The notes beneath the pieces are model-generated. The model did no database searches. It was not told the DNA's origin and saw only the letters and a program-made list of their open reading frames with translations. From assembly GCA_038087875.1 (NCBI GenBank), contig JAXLNO010000687.1, positions 1-64,000 of the forward strand: a stretch of 64,000 bases of DNA. Direction: 5' to 3'. Each line of letters opens with the position of its first letter. Position 1 is the stretch's first letter. Shown here in pieces: positions 1 through 11,493 of this stretch. The stretch is from Malacoraja senta (taxonomy: Eukaryota). The position numbers were made by a program, and so were the translations under genes.

Positions 1-169
1 GGCCATGTGGCCGGGTCTTTCACAGCTCACACCAGCACAACCTCTCGAGGCCGGGTCGTCACCAAAAGAGAGAGAACTCTGGGAAATCATCCATTTATAC
101 TGGGGATGAGTCAGCCGTCATCTGACGCAGCCTGGCCAATCGGGTACAGGAGCCTTCCAGCCTGCACCA
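1..169 (-). mobile_element. 5' (U3) part of a probable LTR, truncated by the window edge, inserted in the 3' end of the CR1
   Basis: Minus strand starts TGGTGCAGG at 169. It then shows a CCAAT box (136-140), an AP-1 site TGAGTCA (107-113) and TATAAA (about 94-99). CR1 homology resumes abruptly at 170. Confidence 0.5.
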
Positions 170-3100
170 AAGATACTAGATACCTGCCTCCACTTTCACT
201 GGAAGCTCATTCCACACAGCTACCACTCTCTGAGTAAAGAAGTTCCCCCTAATGTTCCCCCTAAACTTCTGTCCCTTAATTCTCAAGTCATGTCTCCTTG
301 TTTGAATCTTCCCTACTCTCAATGGGAAAAGCTTATCCACGTCCACTCTGTCTAACCCGCTCATAATTTTAAAGACCTCTATCAAGTCCCCTCTTAACTT
401 TCTGCGCTCCAAAGAATAAAGACCTAACTTGTTCAACCTTTCTCTGTAACTTAGTTGCTGAAACCCAGGCAACATTCTAGTAAATCTCCTCTGTACTCTC
501 TCTATTTTGTTGACATCCTTCCTATAATTAGGCGACCAAAATTGTACTCCATACTCCAGAATTGGCCTCACCAATGCCTTGTACAATTTTAACATTACAT
601 CCCAACTTCTATATTCAATGCTCTGATTTATAAAGGCCAGCACACCAAAAGCTTTCTTTACCACCCTATCTACATGAGATTCCACCTTCAGGGAACTATG
701 CACAGTTATTCCTAGATCCCTCTGTTCAACTGCATTCCTCAATTCACTACCATTTACCATGTACGTCCTATTATGATTTGTCCTGCCGAGATGTAGCACC
801 TCACATTTGTCAGCATTAAACTCCATCTGCCATCCTTCAGCCCACTCTTCCAAATGGCCTAAATCTCTCTGTAGATTTTGAAAATCTACTTCATTATCCA
901 CAACACCACCTATCTTAGTATCATCTGCATACTTACTAATCCAATTTTCCACACCATCTTCCAGATCATTGATGTACATGACAAACAACAGTGGACCCAA
1001 CACAGACCCCTGAGGCACCCCACTAGTCACCGGCCTCCAACCTGACAAACAGCCATCCACCATTACTCTTTGGCATCTCCCATTCAGCCACTGTTGAATC
1101 CATCTTGCTACTCCACCATTAATACCCAACAATTGAATCTTCTTAACCAACCTTCCATGAGGAACCTTGTCAAAGGCCTTACTGAAGTCCATATAGACAA
1201 CATCCACTGCTTTACCCTCATCAATTTCCCTAGTAACCTCTTTGAAAAATTCAAGAAGATTAGTCAAGCATGACCTTCCAGGCACACATCCATGTTGACT
1301 GTTCCTAATCAGACCCTGCTTATCCAGATGCTTATATATATTATCTTTAAGTATCCTTTCCATTAATTTGCCCACCACTGACGTGAAACTAACAGGTCTA
1401 TAATTTTTTATTTTTTATTTTTTATTTATTAGAAGTACATTACATTACAACCACATACATTAGTACTTGTCACTTATGTCTTCTTACAATTAATGTACTC
1501 CATTTGTTTTTTACACTAGTAAAAGGAAAGGATAAGATTGAAAGAAAGAAGAAAGTGAAGGAAAAAGTGAGTGTAGAAAATGTGACAACAAAAAAGGACG
1601 AAGACCCTATAAGAACAAAATTAAAAACAAAAGAAAAAGAGTTAAGAAATAGACCCTAGAAAAGAAGGAGAAAGAGAAAGAGGAAAAAGAGAGAAACAAA
1701 TATTTTTTATGAGCATTACGCAAATGGGACATACCAACTCTTCAACTATCATCCCCCATTACCTGACCTCAATTTTTTTAAGGTACCTTTGCACCCTATA
1801 TTTGTAATAATTCTATAAATGCAGACCACGTCAGGTGGAAGTGATCTGGTTTACCTGCTAGGAGGAGTCTTATCTCTTCTAGGTGTAATGTTTCGAACAT
1901 ATTTGAAATCCACATGTTTATAGTTGGTATTGGAGCCTTCTTCCAAAATGTTAGGATTAGCTTTTTTCCAGTTATTAACCCATAGTCTATTAGTTTCTTT
2001 TGAAACACATTTAGTTCTGGACCATCTTCCGTTATTCGGAAGATAATCCATTCTGCTTTGGGTATCAGTTTTATTTTAAATAATTTTGTAAAGATTTTAA
2101 AAATTTCATTCCAAAACAAATGAGTGCGCTATAGTAGCTTCTTGGGATTGACATTTATCACAAATAGATGATACATTTGGGAAAATTTTATGAATTTTAG
2201 TTTTGGAATAATATAATCTATGGACAGGTTTATAATTGCTAGGTTTACTCTTCGAATCCTTTTTAAACGACGGAACAACATGCGCAGTACGCCAATCCTC
2301 CAGCACTATTCCCGTTTCTAATGACATTTGAAATATTTCTGTCATAGCCCCTGCTATTTCTACACTAACTTCCCTCAATGTCCTAGGGAATATCCTGTCA
2401 GGACCTGGAGACTTATCCGTTTTCATATTTTTCAAAAGTGTCCGCACCTCCTCTTCTTTGAATCTCACAGTTTTCATTGCTACTCTGCTTGTTTCCCTTA
2501 CCTCACATAATTCCATATCCTTCTCCTTGGTGAATACCGAAGAAAAGAAATTGTTCAATATCTCCCCCATCTCTTTTGGCTCTGCAGATAGCTGTCCACT
2601 CTGACTCTCTATTGGACCAATTTTATTCCTTGTTATCCTTTTGCTATTAATATAGCTGTAGAAACCCTTTGGATTTACTTTCACCTTACTTGCCAAAGCA
2701 ACCTCATATCTTCTTTTAGCTTTTCTAATTTCTTTCTTAATATTATTTTTACATTCTTTATACTCAAGCACCTCATTTACTCCATGCTGCCTATAATTAT
2801 TGTAGATCTCTCTCTTTTTCCGAACCAAGTGTCCAATTTCCCGTGAAAACCATGGCTCTTTCCAATTTTTACTATTTCCTTTCAACCGAACAGGGACATA
2901 AAGATTCTGTACTCTTAAAATTTCACCCTTAAATGTCCTCCATTTTTCTTCTACATCCTTCCCATAAAACAACATGTCCCAATTCACTCCTTTTAAATCC
3001 TTTCGCATCTCCTCAAAGTTAGCCTTTCTCCAATCAAAAATCTCAACCCTAGGTCCAGTTCTGACCCTCTCCATAATTATATTGAAACTAATGGTATTGT

Positions 3101-3494
3101 GATCACTGGACCCGAAGTGCTCCCCGACGCATACCTCCGCCACCTGCCCTGTCTCATTTCCTAACAGGAGGTCCAGCACTGCCCCTTCTCTAGTAGGTAC
3201 CTCTATGTATTGCTGCAAAAAACTATCCTGCACACATTTTACAAACTCCAAACCATCCAGCCCTTTTACAGAATGTGTTTCCCAGTCTATGTGTGGAAAA
3301 TTGAAATCTCCCACAATCACTACCTTGTGCTTACTACTAATATCTGCTATCTCCTTACATATTTGCTCTTCCAATTCTCGCTCCTCATTTGGCGGTCTAT
3401 AATACACCCCTATAAGTGTTGCTACACCTTTCACATTTCTCAGTTCCACCCAAATAGCCTCCCTAGACGAGCCCTCTAATCTATCCTGCCATTC
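170..3494 (-). mobile_element. 5'-truncated CR1 LINE ORF2 (APE endonuclease + reverse transcriptase), split by an L1 insertion
   Basis: ORF 2106..3449 has APE motifs (GVYYRPP, GDFN, LDLLL, SDH). ORF 176..1378 has RT motifs (DFSKAFD, GVPQGSVLGP, YADD) and the CR1 C-terminus RGDLIEVFKI...FFTQRVV..WNELP. The halves rejoin as SNYRPVSFTSVVGK when the insert is removed. Confidence 0.95.
1406..2223 (-). mobile_element. 5'-truncated L1-clade LINE (ORF2 C-terminus, 3'UTR, poly-A) nested in CR1
   Basis: Translates HRLYYSK...CDKC...H.F..FW (L1 C-terminal Cys/His region). T-rich tail at 1406-1430. 14-bp TSD acaggtctataatt (1392-1405) / acaggtttataatt (2224-2237). Confidence 0.9.
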
Positions 3495-3811
3495 TGCTGC
3501 CTTCTTCCCATAATCCCGACACCCGTACTAATCAAGAACTCAAGATCTGTTGTAAAGTCTGAGAACTGGATAATGCCAGGAATACAGCTTAAAACAGGTT
3601 GTCCAAAGAAAGTTGAAGCTCCCAAGGCCCAAATCAAAATGATCAAACTGAGAACTTTCTGACTTCAGGAAATTGTATTCCCAGGATTGCAATTCGCTAA
3701 AATCCTTGTGGAAACATTCTGTTCTTGTTCATATGAAATGTTCTTATTTTCTCCATTACAGTATTACACTTTGTTTGGTGACATTAATGTTGATTGAAAT
3801 ATACTGGATGT

Positions 3812-4047
3812 CCACACCAACCATCAATCTCCCATTTACACCAATTCTGTTGTTCCACTTTCACATTCACTTCCTACGCATGATGGGCAATTTACAGAGG
3901 CCAATTAACCTACCAACCAGTACGTCTTTGGAGTTTGGGAGAAAACCCACATGGTCACGGGTAGAACATCCAAACTCCACCCAGGCAGCGCCCGTGGTCG
4001 GAACCTGTGTCTCTAGCGCTGTGGGCAGTAGCTCTACCCGCTGCACG
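3812..4047 (-). mobile_element. Degenerate tRNA-derived V-SINE (HE1-like)
   Basis: Reverse complement of the SINE head, V-domain and tail seen at 4129-4437. Confidence 0.75.
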
Positions 4048-4128
4048 TTAGTGATGACCCCATCCACCACTGTGATACCCTAGCACATCAAGGATGCTGG
4101 TTCTCTGTCAGCTTTCTATGCAACTAGT

Positions 4129-4437
4129 GGGCAGCATGGTGGCGCAGTGGTAGAGTTACTGCCTTGCAGTGCCGGACACCCAGGTTCGATCCCGACTACA
4201 GGTGCTGTCTGTATGGAGTTTGTACGTTCTCCCCGTGGACGTGTGGGTTTTCTCCGAGATCTTTAGTTTCCTCCTACACTCCAAAGAAGTACTTGTTTGT
4301 AGGTTCATTGGCTTGGGTTTGGACACTTGGTATAAATGTAAATAGTTTCTAGTGTGTTAATGTGCGGGGCTTTTGTTAATGTGTGGGGATCGCTGGTCGG
4401 TGCAGACTCGGTGGGCCAAAGGGCCTGTTTCCACGCT
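4129..4437 (+). mobile_element. tRNA-derived V-SINE (HE1-like)
   Basis: A box TGGCGCAGTGG, B box GGTTCGATCCC, V-domain TGTATGGAGTTTGTACGTTCTCCCCGTG, CR1-like tail GGGCCAAAGGGCCTGTTTCC. Confidence 0.9.
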
Positions 4438-4532
4438 GACTCTGGCATTTTACTCCCATGATATTTCTTTGCCTTACCTGAAAACAAGCATCTGGTAGTT
4501 TCAGAATTTACCAGATTTCTGTTGAAGAATGA

Positions 4533-4778
4533 AGGGGTTTCAATCCTCTCTATGGGTGCTGTCTGTATGGAGTTTGGACGTTCTCCCGGTGTCCGCATGG
4601 GTTTTCTCCAGGTGCTCTGGTGTCCTCCCACACGTCAAAGACGTGCAGGTTTGTAGGTTCATTGGCTTCTGTAAATTATCCCTTGTGTATAGGGTAGAAC
4701 TAGTGTACGGGGTGATCGCTGGTCGGCGTGGACTCGGTGGGTCGAAAGGCTTGTTTCCATGCTGTAAGTCTAAAGTCT
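4533..4778 (+). mobile_element. 5'-truncated V-SINE (HE1-like)
   Basis: B-box remnant, V-domain and tail matching 4129-4437. Confidence 0.85.
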
Positions 4779-5612
4779 TATCACTCAGTAAATGCCTACT
4801 TGTTATCTTCCCTTTGAAACATGTCTGGTTTTGTTATCTTTAACGACTGTTCTAAGAAATGAAGCAGTAACAAAACATTTGAAGGCAAGTATTGGGGCAG
4901 ATAGCAGCATTGAGCAATGGATTCAGTTCAACCACAAATATCAATAAGCGTATGCGTTGATCAGATAGGGAGGGCCATGATAACCCAACATCCTGTGTTC
5001 ATACATGTGGTATAGAATCATTGGTAGCAGTACCAACACTGAAAGAAGTTTAACTTGTTTTTGTTTACTGGGGGACATTTTCTCTTCTATGTTGGGGACT
5101 TTTTTTTAATACTCTCTCCTCATTAAGATCAGCATCAACACTCAACTTTAAATTACTGCACATTATCAGTTTAGCCAGTCGGGTCCCTTCTTCAGACTAT
5201 TTATATAAATATTGCAGATATATATTGTATGTTTGACCATCTGTGAGATAAATATTTTCTGTAGCTACAATGTACCAGCCAAGTATTTTTGATTAAATGA
5301 AAAACAAGCTACAGATGTGGTTAATTTGAAATTAAAAATAAAATACTGGAATTATTCTTGACATGTAGGATCTGTGGAGAAAAAAACAACTACTCAGTTT
5401 TGGTTGATTTTTATTAAGACCTTGTTTAGTCTGTTGAAGGATGACTAGCCTTGCAAGAATGCCCTATGTTTCAACCCAATTCCTGATTCTACGCATAATC
5501 AGATAAGCACAGATACAGGCCTTTCAGTCCCACTCGTCCGCGCCGACCACGATGTCCATCTACACTACTGCATTTGACCCATATCCCATAGTCTTCCCTA
5601 TTGCCCTACCCT

Positions 5613-6330
5613 CATTTGTTCTCAATATGAGCCTTTCCATTCCAGGACATCCAAGATGTGCACTTTCTTTAGTAAATGTGGTTTTCTTCCTGCTGTAATA
5701 GATGGATCCCTCACCCATGTCTCCTATGTGTCCCGTAGTTCTGTTCTTAGTCACACTCCCCCTCAACGGAACAAATGTACACCCCCTTGTCCTCGCCTTT
5801 TACCCCACCATCTTCCTCATCCAACCCCACATACTCTGACATTTCCATCACTGCAACGCTATTCCACCATCTTCCTATATCCACCCCTTTCCAACTTGTG
5901 CAGAGACCACTCCCTCAGCAACTCCTTTTTCACATCCCTTTCCACCCAAACCACCCCCTCCCCAGATAGGTTCCCCTGCAACCATAGGAGGTATCACCTG
6001 TCCCTATACGTCCACCCTCACCTTCATCCAGGGACCCCGGCAGTCCTTCCAGTTGAGACAGACATTCATCTGCACTAACCTCATCTACTACATACAGTAT
6101 TCATGAAGTAGCCTCCAAACATCAGCGAGACCAAGCGTGGACTCGGCGACCATTTTGTGGAACATTTGTGCTGTGGTCTGCCATGGCCTACTGGATCTTC
6201 TGGTTGTTATTAACTCCTCATTCCCATATTGACCTTTCTGCCCTTGGTGCGGCCACAAGGAAACTGGAGGAACAGCACCTCGTATTCCGCTTGGCTAGCA
6301 TACAACCCAATGGTGTGAACATTGAATTCA
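5613..6330 (+). mobile_element. Degenerate Penelope-like element fragment (RT C-terminus, zinc-finger linker and GIY-YIG endonuclease)
   Basis: Frameshifted translation gives FPCNHRR..TCPYTSTLTFIQGPRQSFQLRQTFICTNLIY, then SETKRGLGDHFVEHL and ATRKLEEQHLVFRLASIQPNGVNIEF, typical of vertebrate Penelope/Neptune GIY-YIG domains. Confidence 0.85.
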
Positions 6331-6334
6331 GGTT

Positions 6335-9300
6335 TGCCCCTTTGTTTCCCATTAACTCTTTCCCCTCTGACCTTAAACCTATGCCCTGTGATTGTTAATT
6401 CCCCTACCCTGGGAAAAGAGTATGTACATTCACCCCATCTATGTGTTTCATGATTCTATACACTTCTATAAGATCCTCCCTCGGCCTTCTACGCTGCAAG
6501 GAATAAACTCCCATCCTACCTAACCTTTCCCTAGAACTCATTCCTTGTGTTCTGGTAACATTCTTACAAATCTTTTCTGTACATTTTGGAGCTTCATGGC
6601 ATCTTATAGCAGATTGACCAAAACTGAACACAATACTCTAAATACGGCCTCACCAAGGTCGTACAACTGTAGTAGAATGTAGACACAAAATGCTGGAGTA
6701 ACTCAGCGGGACAGGCAGCATCTCTGCAGAGAAGGAATGGGTGAGGTTTCGGGTCGAGTCCCTTCTTCAGAATGTCTCAATTTCTATCCTCAATGCTCTT
6801 ACTGTTTAAGGCCAGCAGGCTAAAAGTCGTCTTCATCACACCTGTGACACCACTTTAAGGGAACTGTGTACTTATGCTCCTAGGTATCTCTGTTTCATAG
6901 CACTTTCCAGGGATCTTCCAAAAGTCTTACTCTGGTTTCACTTCCCAAAATGCAACACCTGGCATTAACTGAATTAAACTCCATTAGCCGTTTAAGAAAC
7001 ATTTGGACAGGTCCATGGTTAGGACAGGTTTATTCAGATATGGGCCAAATGCAGGCAGGTGGGACTAGTGTAGATGGGACATGTTAATCGGTGTGGCCAA
7101 GTTGGGCCGAAGGGCCTGTTTCCACCTGTATAATTTTATTCCCGATATTCCCTTCATCATATATCTGTACACTGTGAATGGCTCGATTGTAATCACATAT
7201 TGTCTTTCCGCTGACTGGTTAGAATGCAACAAAAGCTTTTCACTTAAACTCTTTTCATCATCCACCTTACCCAGCTGATCAAAATCCCGCTGCAATTCTT
7301 GGTAACTTTCTTCACTGTGTATGATACCTCTTATTTTAATGTCATCTATAAACTTATAGAATAGAATAGAATAGAAACTTTATTTGCCACACGACCAGGG
7401 TTGGTGGTAATTGGGTTCGGTACATGATGGTACACTGCTTTAGCACATTAACACTAACAACAATAATAATAAAGCACATCACAAATCACAAATCTCACCA
7501 ACAATACATAGTGCAAAAGAACAGACAAAAACCATAGACAAGACACTGTATACATCAAAGTCAAAAAGTTATTGGAGGGAATTAAGTGTTCTTATTGCTG
7601 AGGGGAAGAAACTGTTTTTAAAATGGGTGGATTTTGTAGCAAGTGACCTAAGGCGCCTCCCTGAAGGGAGAGACTGGAAAAGGTGGTTTGATGGGTGGGA
7701 GGGGTCCGAGATGATCTTTGTTGCCCGTTTTGAGGTACGTTGGAGGTAAATGGAATGGATTGAGGGGAGGGGAGAGTTAATGATCCTAGAGGCCTTGGAG
7801 ACAATGCGCTGTATTCTGTGTAGTGAGTGACTGTCAGTGTTTCCGTACCAGACTGTGATTGAGGAGGTGATGATGCTTTCAATGATGGATTGATAGAAGC
7901 GTACCAGGAGGTGTTTGTGGACTCTGAACTTCTTGAGCTGTCTGAGGAAGTATAGGCGTTGTTGTCCTTTCTTAATGATGTGGTCAGCATTGATGTGCCA
8001 TTTTAGATTATTGCAGATATAGGTGCCCAGAAACTTAAATAAGTTCGTGGAGGTTATGGGATGGGAGTTGACATGGACCGCGGGTTTGAGGTTTTTTTGC
8101 GTCTGAAATCTATGATGGTTTCTAAGGTTTTTGAGGTGTTAAGCTGGAGGTTGTTTTCTGCGCACCATTTGACTGCGCTGTCCACTGTTTGATGGTATTG
8201 TGATTCATTGTTGTCTGAGATGAGGCCAATTATTGTCGTGTCGTCTGCATATTTGAAAATTTTAACTGAGCTGCATTGGGATGTGAGGTTGTTGGTGTAA
8301 AGTGAGAAGAGCTGAGGTGACAGAACGCACCCTTGAGGGGCTCCTGTATTGATAGTCAGAGGGCTGGAGAGTTTTTCACCCACCTTGACTCTTTGTTGTC
8401 TGTTTGTAAGAAAATGTAAAATCCAATGGCACATGGCTAGGTGAATGCCCATGTCCAACAGTTTATTGTCGAGTTTAATTGGGTGTATAGTATTAAAGGC
8501 CGAGCTAAAATCTATAAACAGGATGCGTGCATAAGTGTTCGGTGATTCCAAATGATGTAGGGAGTAGTGAAGAGCTAGGTTGATAGCATCCTCCACAGAC
8601 CGGTTGGCGCTGTATGCAAATTGAAAAGGGTCCATGATGGGGACAGTGTATGTTTTCAGATGGGTGAGGACTATGTGCTCAAAGGCCTTGTAACCATGCC
8701 TTGTACATTCTGATCCAAATCATTACATCGATATCAAACAACAATGGTCCCAGCACCACCACTGTGGCAAACCACTAGTCAGAGGCCTCCATTTTGAAAA
8801 ACAACCTATCATCATGCTCTGCTAGGTATCCAACTAGGTAGATCTCCTTGGATCTCTTACGATCTACCCTTTCGGAGTAACTGCCATGTAGTTTGTACTT
8901 TGTAAAAGGCCTTGTTTGAAGTCTCTAAAGTCTACGTCGTCTCCTGTGCCCGCATTGACCTTTTTTGGTTACTTTAAAAAAACTCAAAATTTGAGGGTGT
9001 TGTGGATGACACAATCCCCTATGCTCAAAGCTGTCTCTAATTAACACCCGTCTTTTCAAATGCAAGCCACTTTATTCCTCAGAATCCCACCTGTAACATA
9101 CCTACCACAGTTGTCAGTGGTAAGATATAGTATGTGTAGGAATTGTGTAGCCACTCCCCTGACATCAATCTGAAGAAGGGCCTTGACCCAAAATGTCACC
9201 CATTCCTTCTCTTCAGAGATGCTGCCTGTCCCGCTGAGTTACTCCAGCATTTTGTGTCTGCCGTAAGATATAGCTTACTGGTCTATAGTTCCAAGCTTTT

Positions 9301-9420
9301 TCTTTGCAGTCCTTTTTAAATGAAGGTACAATGTTCGCCACCTATCTTGCATAGCTAACGATGATGCATACATCTCAACTAGAGTTCCTGCAGTTTTTAC
9401 TCTAGCTTCCCACAGTGTTC
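6335..9420 (-). mobile_element. Old degenerate CR1 remnant, interrupted by a hammerhead mini-element (about 6678-6771), a + strand CR1 tail (about 6990-7250), a Rex1 LINE and a further mini-element (9131-9262)
   Basis: Fragments translate to CR1 RT motifs, e.g. REDLIEVYRIM and MQRDFDQLG. CR1 sequence resumes collinearly at about 8691. Confidence 0.7.
7356..8690 (-). mobile_element. 5'-truncated Rex1/Babar-clade LINE
   Basis: ORF 8054..8635 has DPFQFAY..NRSVEDAI, FIDFSSAFNTI, GAPQGCVLSP and KYADD. The 3' end has AATAAA followed by a (TCTAT)n tail at 7356-7385. Confidence 0.9.
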
Positions 9421-9459
9421 TTGGATATACTTAGAACTAGAGAATGTAGATATTACGGT

Positions 9460-9715
9460 GAGAGAGGAATTATTTAATAGGAATGTGAGGGGTGATTTTT
9501 TTACACACAAAGGTGGTGGGTATATGGAACGAGCTTCCAGAGGAATTAGTTGAGGCAGGTATAATAACATTTAGAAGACAATTGGACAGGTACATAGATA
9601 AGAAAGGTTGAGAGGGATATGGGCCAAACACAGGTAAATTGGAGGAGCTGAGATTGAACATGTTGTCGGCATGGATGAGTTGGGTTGATGGGAGTGTTTC
9701 CATGTTGTATGACTA
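9460..9715 (+). mobile_element. CR1 3' end fragment
   Basis: Encodes FFTQ.V..IWNELP-like terminus followed by the CR1 3'UTR. Confidence 0.75.
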
Positions 9716-10324
9716 TACGTGAAGATTTATGTAACTTTATATGTTTTAAGATTCCAGCAGCTCCCCTACTGTAATGCAGACTATCCTCAAGACAACCCCA
9801 TTAACTTTCTTGAGTTCACTTGTCATTGTCTTTCACCATGCCGGTAAAACCAGAGGAGAAGTATTCTTTGAGGGCCTTGCCTATCTTCTGCACCTTCAAA
9901 CATTGATGTCCACACTGGTCTTTGCGGGACTCTATTCTCTCCCTAGTTACTCTTCCCTTAATATAGTTTCAAATATTTGTTCATTCAGCCAAATGATTTG
10001 GAAGGCATTCAAAGCCTTTCTACTGACAGATCGTGGCAGAAACATCAGATTTTAGAATTGCTGTCCGACATGAAAGATATTGCATTCTAAAGTGTAGCAA
10101 TTGTGCTGTTGTATAATTAAAATGGATTAGTTACAATCTGCAATACAGGTGAATTTTTAGACTTGATGTACAGAGGTCATAATTCTATTTGAATGCTATT
10201 TGCTCAACAAATGTACATTGGGATATTTATTTGCATCCTGTGCACTCCTTGATTTTTTTTTAATCTGTCTCTAAAGCCACATTATATCTTTGGTCAGATT
10301 AGACTTGTTGATCTTTGTGAAGTG

Positions 10325-11010
10325 AATGTGTTGGAAGAAATTGAAGATGCTGGTTTACACCGAAGATAGACACAAAATGCTGGAGTTACTCAGCGGGTCA
10401 GGCAGCATCTTTGGAGACACGGAATAGGGGACATTTTGGAGGGAGACCCTTCCTCAGACTGAAAGTCAGGGGAGAGGGAAACTAGAGGTACAGACAGGGA
10501 CAGAACAAATAAGAGCCAGCAACTGATGACTCAAGAAAGATGGAGCATACAATGGCCCATTGTTGGCTGTGGAAGAGGTGATAATGAAAGGATATAAACA
10601 GTGAAACTAGCAGGGCGACTTGGGTGGGGGAGGGACAGAGAGAGAGAGAGAGAGAGGGGGAATGCAAGGATTACTGTGGAGGAGTCACTGTGGTGGATGT
10701 TCATGTTAAAATGTATTTTGTGTCTGTTGTTGCTTTTTAATGGTATGATGACTATGGCAAATCAAATTTCTCGTATTTTGTAAAACATACTTGACTAATA
10801 AAGTATGATTATGATGATTAATATTAAAGAAATAAATATTCACACTATTGGGTTGTAAAGAAATAAATATTCACACTATTGGGTTGTAAGCAAGTGAATT
10901 ATGAGTTGCTCTTCCTACAATTTGCGTGTGGCCAGGACAGAGGTCAGTATGGGAATGGGAGTTGAAATATTTGTCAAGTAGGAGATTGGGTAGGCCAAGG
11001 TGGACCGAGC
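10325..11010 (-). mobile_element. Penelope-like element 3' end: GIY-YIG C-terminus, 3'UTR and terminal repeat with a degenerate hammerhead motif. A small LINE tail is inserted at about 10675-10820.
   Basis: The reverse complement of 10870-10933 resembles the ATRKL.EE.L...LQPN.VNI end of 5613-6330. It continues into the same repeat that is dispersed across the window. A 31-bp tandem duplication lies at 10828-10889. Confidence 0.75.
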
Positions 11011-11149
11011 TTTGGGTTAGTCCGCCTGGTCTTTGGGTTCAGGAAATATTTATATGAATTGGAGCTTCGGTACAGTAATGTTAAAATTGTCTAAAATAAT
11101 TATTCAGTGCGAGAAGAGCATTGATTTTATTTTGTTTTGTGGCTGACAG

Positions 11150-11300
11150 GCTCCCAGCGCCCAGGCTATGAGATATTGGCTACAGCAATTGCAACAGAGG
11201 AGGTGGGAGTTTAGTAACAACTGCACCGTTGGACAAAGAGATAATCGCACATTGTCCCATTTCCCAGATTCAGCTACAGGTCTAGTTGCTAAAGATAATG
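11150..11300 (+). CDS. TBC1D2B: TBC1 domain family member 2B, coding exon 2 (end of PH domain)
   Basis: cag|GCT...AATG|gtaagt; 151 nt, phase 0 to 1. APSAQAMRYWLQQLQQRRWEFSNN...GLVAKDN matches recalled human APNRQLMTYWLQELQQKRWEYCNS...GLVARDN. Not in the ORF track. Confidence 0.93.
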
Positions 11301-11493
11301 GTAAGTCCTGAACATAAAGGCTAATTTTAGTTTGACTATTTGTTTCCTAATATCAAAAAGTGAGCAGTATGTTCAGTGTGAATTGTATTGCATTAAATTC
11401 ATGAATTAACGTTTAAATTTAAGTTTTTTTTAAAGAACCCCACAATGGTGAGATTTGTCTAGCTGTTTTAGAAGGATGCAAGGTCTGCTGCAC

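Noticed and set aside
4129..4200. tRNA-like A/B boxes
   Set aside because: These are SINE heads followed by V-domain and LINE-type tails, not tRNA genes.
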